A stretch of DNA of 64,000 nucleotides from Mobula hypostoma (lineage: Eukaryota), in NCBI RefSeq assembly GCF_963921235.1, contig NC_086101.1:158596001-158660000 (forward strand), in the 5' to 3' direction. The translations under genes were made by a program, and so were the position numbers. A model generated the notes under the pieces. That model worked only from the letters and a program-made list of their open reading frames with translations. It made no database searches and was not told the origin of the DNA. Each line of letters begins with the position of its first letter. The stretch's first letter is position 1. This document shows positions 59,625 through 64,000 of this stretch, one piece after another.

Positions 59625-61610
59625 GAGGGGTCCCCAAACTTCTTTGCACTGCGGACCGGTTTAATATTGACAATATTCTTGCGGTCCGGCCGACCCGGTG
59701 GGGGCGGGGGTGGGGGGGAGGGTTAATCTCACAACCAGAATATAGGTGATAGGTCAACTATAAGTCATTTATCAGTGGCTAATACACTCAATTTTGTTTC
59801 TAAAAGGGTTTATCTAACGAATTTAATATTAACCACACAGTGCATATTTTCCTCACATGAATATAGTGATAAGTCAATTATAAGTCATAAGGGGGTTCCT
59901 TCCGTCCAGTCTATTCCATAACTTAGTTTTCATTGCATTCATTGCTGAAAACTCCGCTTTGCAGAGATATGATGTTGGAAATGAAAGCTACGTTTTCAGT
60001 GCTTTCATGGCTATCTCAGGATATTCAGCCTTGACTTTGATCCAGAATGCCAGCAGAGATGTTATGTCAAACATACTTTTCAGCCCACCGTCAAGCTCGA
60101 GGAGAGTTGATCTTCTTCCCGCGCAGACATGGATGATTCACCGGGGACATTCACAGATGGGTCACGGATCCATTCCTTTGCACGTCTTGGGTCATTTGCG
60201 GTTGGGAAGTAACGCTCGAATTCTGTCGACAGCGAAGACAGGTGATCGCACACCAGCTGTGAGCCTCAGTCTCTCCCAAATTCCCTGCTAATGTTGGGAA
60301 CGTGTCAAATATGCCCCTGTCCACTCGCAGTCCCCACAGTTCCAGTTTGGCTGTGAAAGCAGACACTTTATCCGCCAACTTGAAGACAGTTGTTATTCTC
60401 CCCTGAAGTGACAAATTGAGTTCATTGAGCAGGTTGAAGATGTCACACAGATAAGCGAGTTTTGCTATCCACTCCTCGTCACTGAAGTGTGCTGTCAGGG
60501 GTGTGACTTTTTTCTTGAAAGAAATCTCTGTAGCTGCTCTCTTATCTCAAAAACCCTGGCCAGGGCTCTCTCCCTTGATAGTCACCTGACTTCAGTGTGT
60601 AAGAGAAGGCGTTTGTGCTCTGCATTCATTTCCTCGCAAAGCTGCTCAAACAGACGTGAGTTATGGGCTTTTGCTCTGATGTGATTCATAACTTCAACAA
60701 AGTCACTCAATACAATGTTAAGATCAGGTGACATTTTTCAGCTAGCCAGCATTTCCCTGTGTGTGACACAGTGTGTAGACTGGCATTCAGGAGCAACCTC
60801 TTTGACTCGGGTAGTGAAACCAGACTCGTTAAGCTGTTCCAACAGCTGTGCTTCGATGTCCTCCGCTATGTCATCGATTCTCCTTGAAACTATGGTAGCT
60901 GAAAGAGAAACCTGTGCCATCTTGTTAGCTGCAGCTTCTCCTAACTGTTCATGGCACATGTCCTTGGCAGCAGGCAGAATCAATTCTTCAGCAACAGTGA
61001 AAGGCTCCTTAGCCTTAGCAATACGGCTAGCCACTACGTACGACGCTCTCAGAGCAGCAGCGTTTGTGGAAGTGGTGGCTCTCAGCACTTGCTTCTGTCC
61101 CGCTTGCTCACGTTTTTTTCTGCTCAAAAAACTCAACGGGTTTGTCTTTCAGTGCTGGTTGCTTGTACTCAAGGTGCCGAAGCAGTTTTAAGGGCTTCAT
61201 TGCCTCATTAGACAGCTTGTCTCCACATATCACACACAGGGGGCTTGGAGTGTGCAAGTCACCGATCGCAATAAAGCCGTATTTTATGTACGACTCGTCG
61301 TATTTTTTGTTGAAGGAAGCTTTCTTTTTTTTTGCAGTATCGGCCTCAGCTGTCTCTGTGTGATCATCGTTAGGCCTTTTATGTCCCATACCACCTCTTC
61401 TAAAGAAACTCTCAAGCAACGTTTGTTTTTTACTCATCGAGTAGTTGTAGGTTAACGACCGACTGATGACCTCGTGTGCGTTCAAGTTCAGTAGTGGGCG
61501 TGACAGGGAATGAGGAAAGGTGCAGCTGACTCGTATCGTTTCCTTGCGGCCCGGTAGCACATGCTTTGCAGCCCGGTACCGGTCCGCGGCCTGGTGGTTG
61601 GGGACCACTG
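59625..61610 (-). mobile_element. hAT Charlie/Buster-type transposon (MER1/Charlie3/OC1-like ends), disrupted transposase
   Basis: TSD TTCTAGAT/TTCTAGAC (NTCTAGAN); TIR CAGTGGTCCCCAAC; KYDESYIKYGF..PLCVICG..LSNEAMKP, AKAKEPFTVAEELILPAA, HCVTHREMLAS. Confidence 0.92.
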
Positions 61611-62736
61611 TTCTAGACCATACAGGTATTTTGAATAATTTCATAATGCCTATCATGATGTAAGAGTTTACCAATGACCTGAAGCCTCTACTTTGTTAAA
61701 CATTTCATTATTTCAAACATCCACGTTAAATTCTCATTTGCTTTGTTTTGCAAGCCATTATGCATGTCGTCATTCTCGAGTTTTCTTCTTGGAATCAGTT
61801 TCCATCTTAGCTGGTGCCTTGAAAGTTGATCAAATTTTCAAATGCTAACCTAGAGTCAAGTCATTGATGTAGGGTAGGAGAATGGTGTTTAGGAGTTTCA
61901 GAACCGGCGTCTGGTGCACTCTGTACCACCTCCATTTTACATTCTAATCTGATACTGTTTCTGCAATGTGTTCATTGCTTCCTAACCTCCAATTAATTTC
62001 CTATTTGTTCCTATCCTGAACTTTGAATCCCCATCACCTTGAACTTGTAGTTTTTCATATAGCATTTCAATAAATTAGTTTTTAGCTGTAGAGCAACCAC
62101 GTTCCCTGCAGACGATACAGTCTTTAACAAAGACAGTAAAGTCAACAAGGTTGTTCCCTTCTGTACCCTAAGTAAAATGTTTTAAATGCACAGTAGATCA
62201 AGCAGCAAATGTGAATGAAAAGACTGATTTATGTTTCTGATGCCTATATCAATGAAGTTGATGATTAGGTCTAGAAAATGTGTGGTACTAATTTATGTTT
62301 ACAGACTGACCAGTACATTTTCAGTTTGTTTTGCCGCCTTTTGAATCCTCATTAGCTGTTTTTTTTTCTTCCTTGATTATTACATCATCAAAGTGATAAA
62401 GTCTTCACACAGGAACACGAGAAATGGAGCAGAAATAGGCTGCCTGGCCTGCCATTCAGTATGGTCACAAATAGTCTCTCCCAAGCCTCAACTCCTCCTC
62501 TGCCAGTTTCTCACAGACCTCTATTCCAAAATCTTTCAAAATACCTTCAATTCTTCTAATGATATGGCATCTAAAATCCTCTGGGGTAGAGAATTTCAGA
62601 TAAACACTCTTCTTTGCTAAAACAAATCTCTAAATACCTTAACTTTAAATTATCGGCTCTTTATAACTATATCACTTTGTTTGAGATGCTCCCTTAATGA
62701 AAGCATCTCAACATCTGCACACCAAATCCCTTCATA

Positions 62737-63269
62737 CACTTAGCACCTACTTTATTCGGTACAGGAGTGGAACCTGGTGTGGTCTTCTGCTGTTGTAGCC
62801 CATTCACTTCAAGGTTGGACATGTTATGCATTCAGAGTTGCTCTGAACACCACTGTTGTAATGCATGATTATTTGAGTTACTTTCACCTTCCTGTCAGCT
62901 TGAACCAGTCTGACCATTCTCCTCTGACCTCTTTCATTAACAGGATGTTTTTGCCCACAGAACTGTTGTTCACTGGATGTTTTTTTTTGTTTTTCACACC
63001 ATCCTCTCTAAGCTCTAGAGACTGTTGTGTGTGAAAATCCCAGGTTATCAGCAGTATCTGAAGATACTCAAACCACCCTATCTGGCACCAACAATTATTC
63101 CATGGTCAAGCCATTTAGATCACATTTCTGAACAGAAATGTGAACAACAACTGAACCTCTTGAACATGTCTGTGTGTTTTTATGCATTGTGTTGCTGCCA
63201 CATGATTGGCTGATTATATATTTGCATTGATATGCAGGCATACCTAATAAAGTGGTCACTTTCTGAATG
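62737..63269 (-). mobile_element. Tc1-type MITE inserted in a degraded minus-strand CR1 3' end (~62405-63600)
   Basis: Reverse complement of the 43888-44416 family. Confidence 0.75.
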
Positions 63270-64000
63270 TTTCTTTTAAACTCCAAGGAATAACTACCCA
63301 AACTGTGTAGTCTTTCTTGATAGGACAACCTTCTCATCTCAGGAATTAGCCTGGTGAAGCTCCCTCCTACTGTCCCCAGTGCTACTGTTTACTTTTTTCG
63401 TGTGAGGGCTGAAGCTGTGTCCAGCGCTAAAGGTGTAGGCTCACCAATACCCTGCACAATTCCAACAATATCCCATACTTATAAACTCCAAACCCTCTGT
63501 AATAAACACCAATATGTTGTTTGCCCTCTTCACTTCACTACTTGTTGGAGCTGCCTGTTAACTTTATGTAAATTAAGTGTATGGAAATGTACTTTACTTG
63601 CAGTAACAAATTAGCATTTTTGTCTGTAACAAAATGTAACCTGCATTTTACCGGAGTGCTTTGCTAATAGTGTTCATTCAACATTATGCTGACGGATCTT
63701 GAATATACCTGTATGACAAACAGTTGGTGTGTTGAATGCCAAGTGTACTAATTAAGCAGACAAACAGAATGCATCCTGTCCTTGAACTGGCGCAGGCAGA
63801 TTATAGTTGGGTATAAAAGAGTGATTATGCTGTCTGTTTTCGAAGTTATCACTGGCTCTTGTGTGGTGATGGTCTTCCCTTGCAGCAAGTAAAATAAATG
63901 TGCTTATGATTGATCCACTGAGTTAACTGATATTTTTTTATAAGACGTAGTGAAAAGGTGCTCCGCAGAATTTGGAGCACCAAAGATCGCATGGTTAGGA

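Noticed and set aside
60151-61674. Domesticated ZBED5/SCAND3-like gene
   Set aside because: Frameshifts, an internal deletion, TIRs and a TSD identify a decayed transposon.
59258-64000. Absence of IDH2 exon 3 as evidence of pseudogenisation
   Set aside because: Introns here reach 14 kb, so exon 3 can simply lie beyond the window.

Overview
Vertebrate nuclear genomic DNA. The CR1/Penelope/Rex/V-SINE repeat landscape suggests a cartilaginous fish, probably a ray (inference). Three spliced genes for mitochondrial proteins can be read directly. (1) MRPS27 exon 1 (minus strand, ATG 1242) is head-to-head with (2) a complete 10-exon PTCD2 (plus strand, 1470-40227, 381 aa, all introns GT-AG). (3) Exons 1-2 of an IDH2-type NADP-isocitrate dehydrogenase follow (plus strand, ATG 45271; the rest of the gene lies beyond the window). 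The IDH2-type gene sits where mammals have no IDH gene. It is best explained as a retained whole-genome-duplication paralog from the PTCD2-ZNF366 / IDH2-ZNF710 paralogon. The rest of the window is mostly transposable elements: a near full-length CR1 with esterase ORF1, several CR1 and Rex fragments, Penelope elements whose terminal repeats carry minimal hammerhead ribozymes (one intact copy), an inverted pair of Tigger elements, Charlie- and Tip100-type hATs, a MITE family with 6-bp TSDs, a four-family chimeric MITE, Tc1/mariner MITEs and two solo LTRs. Homology calls come from recalled protein sequences and exon structure, not from database searches.
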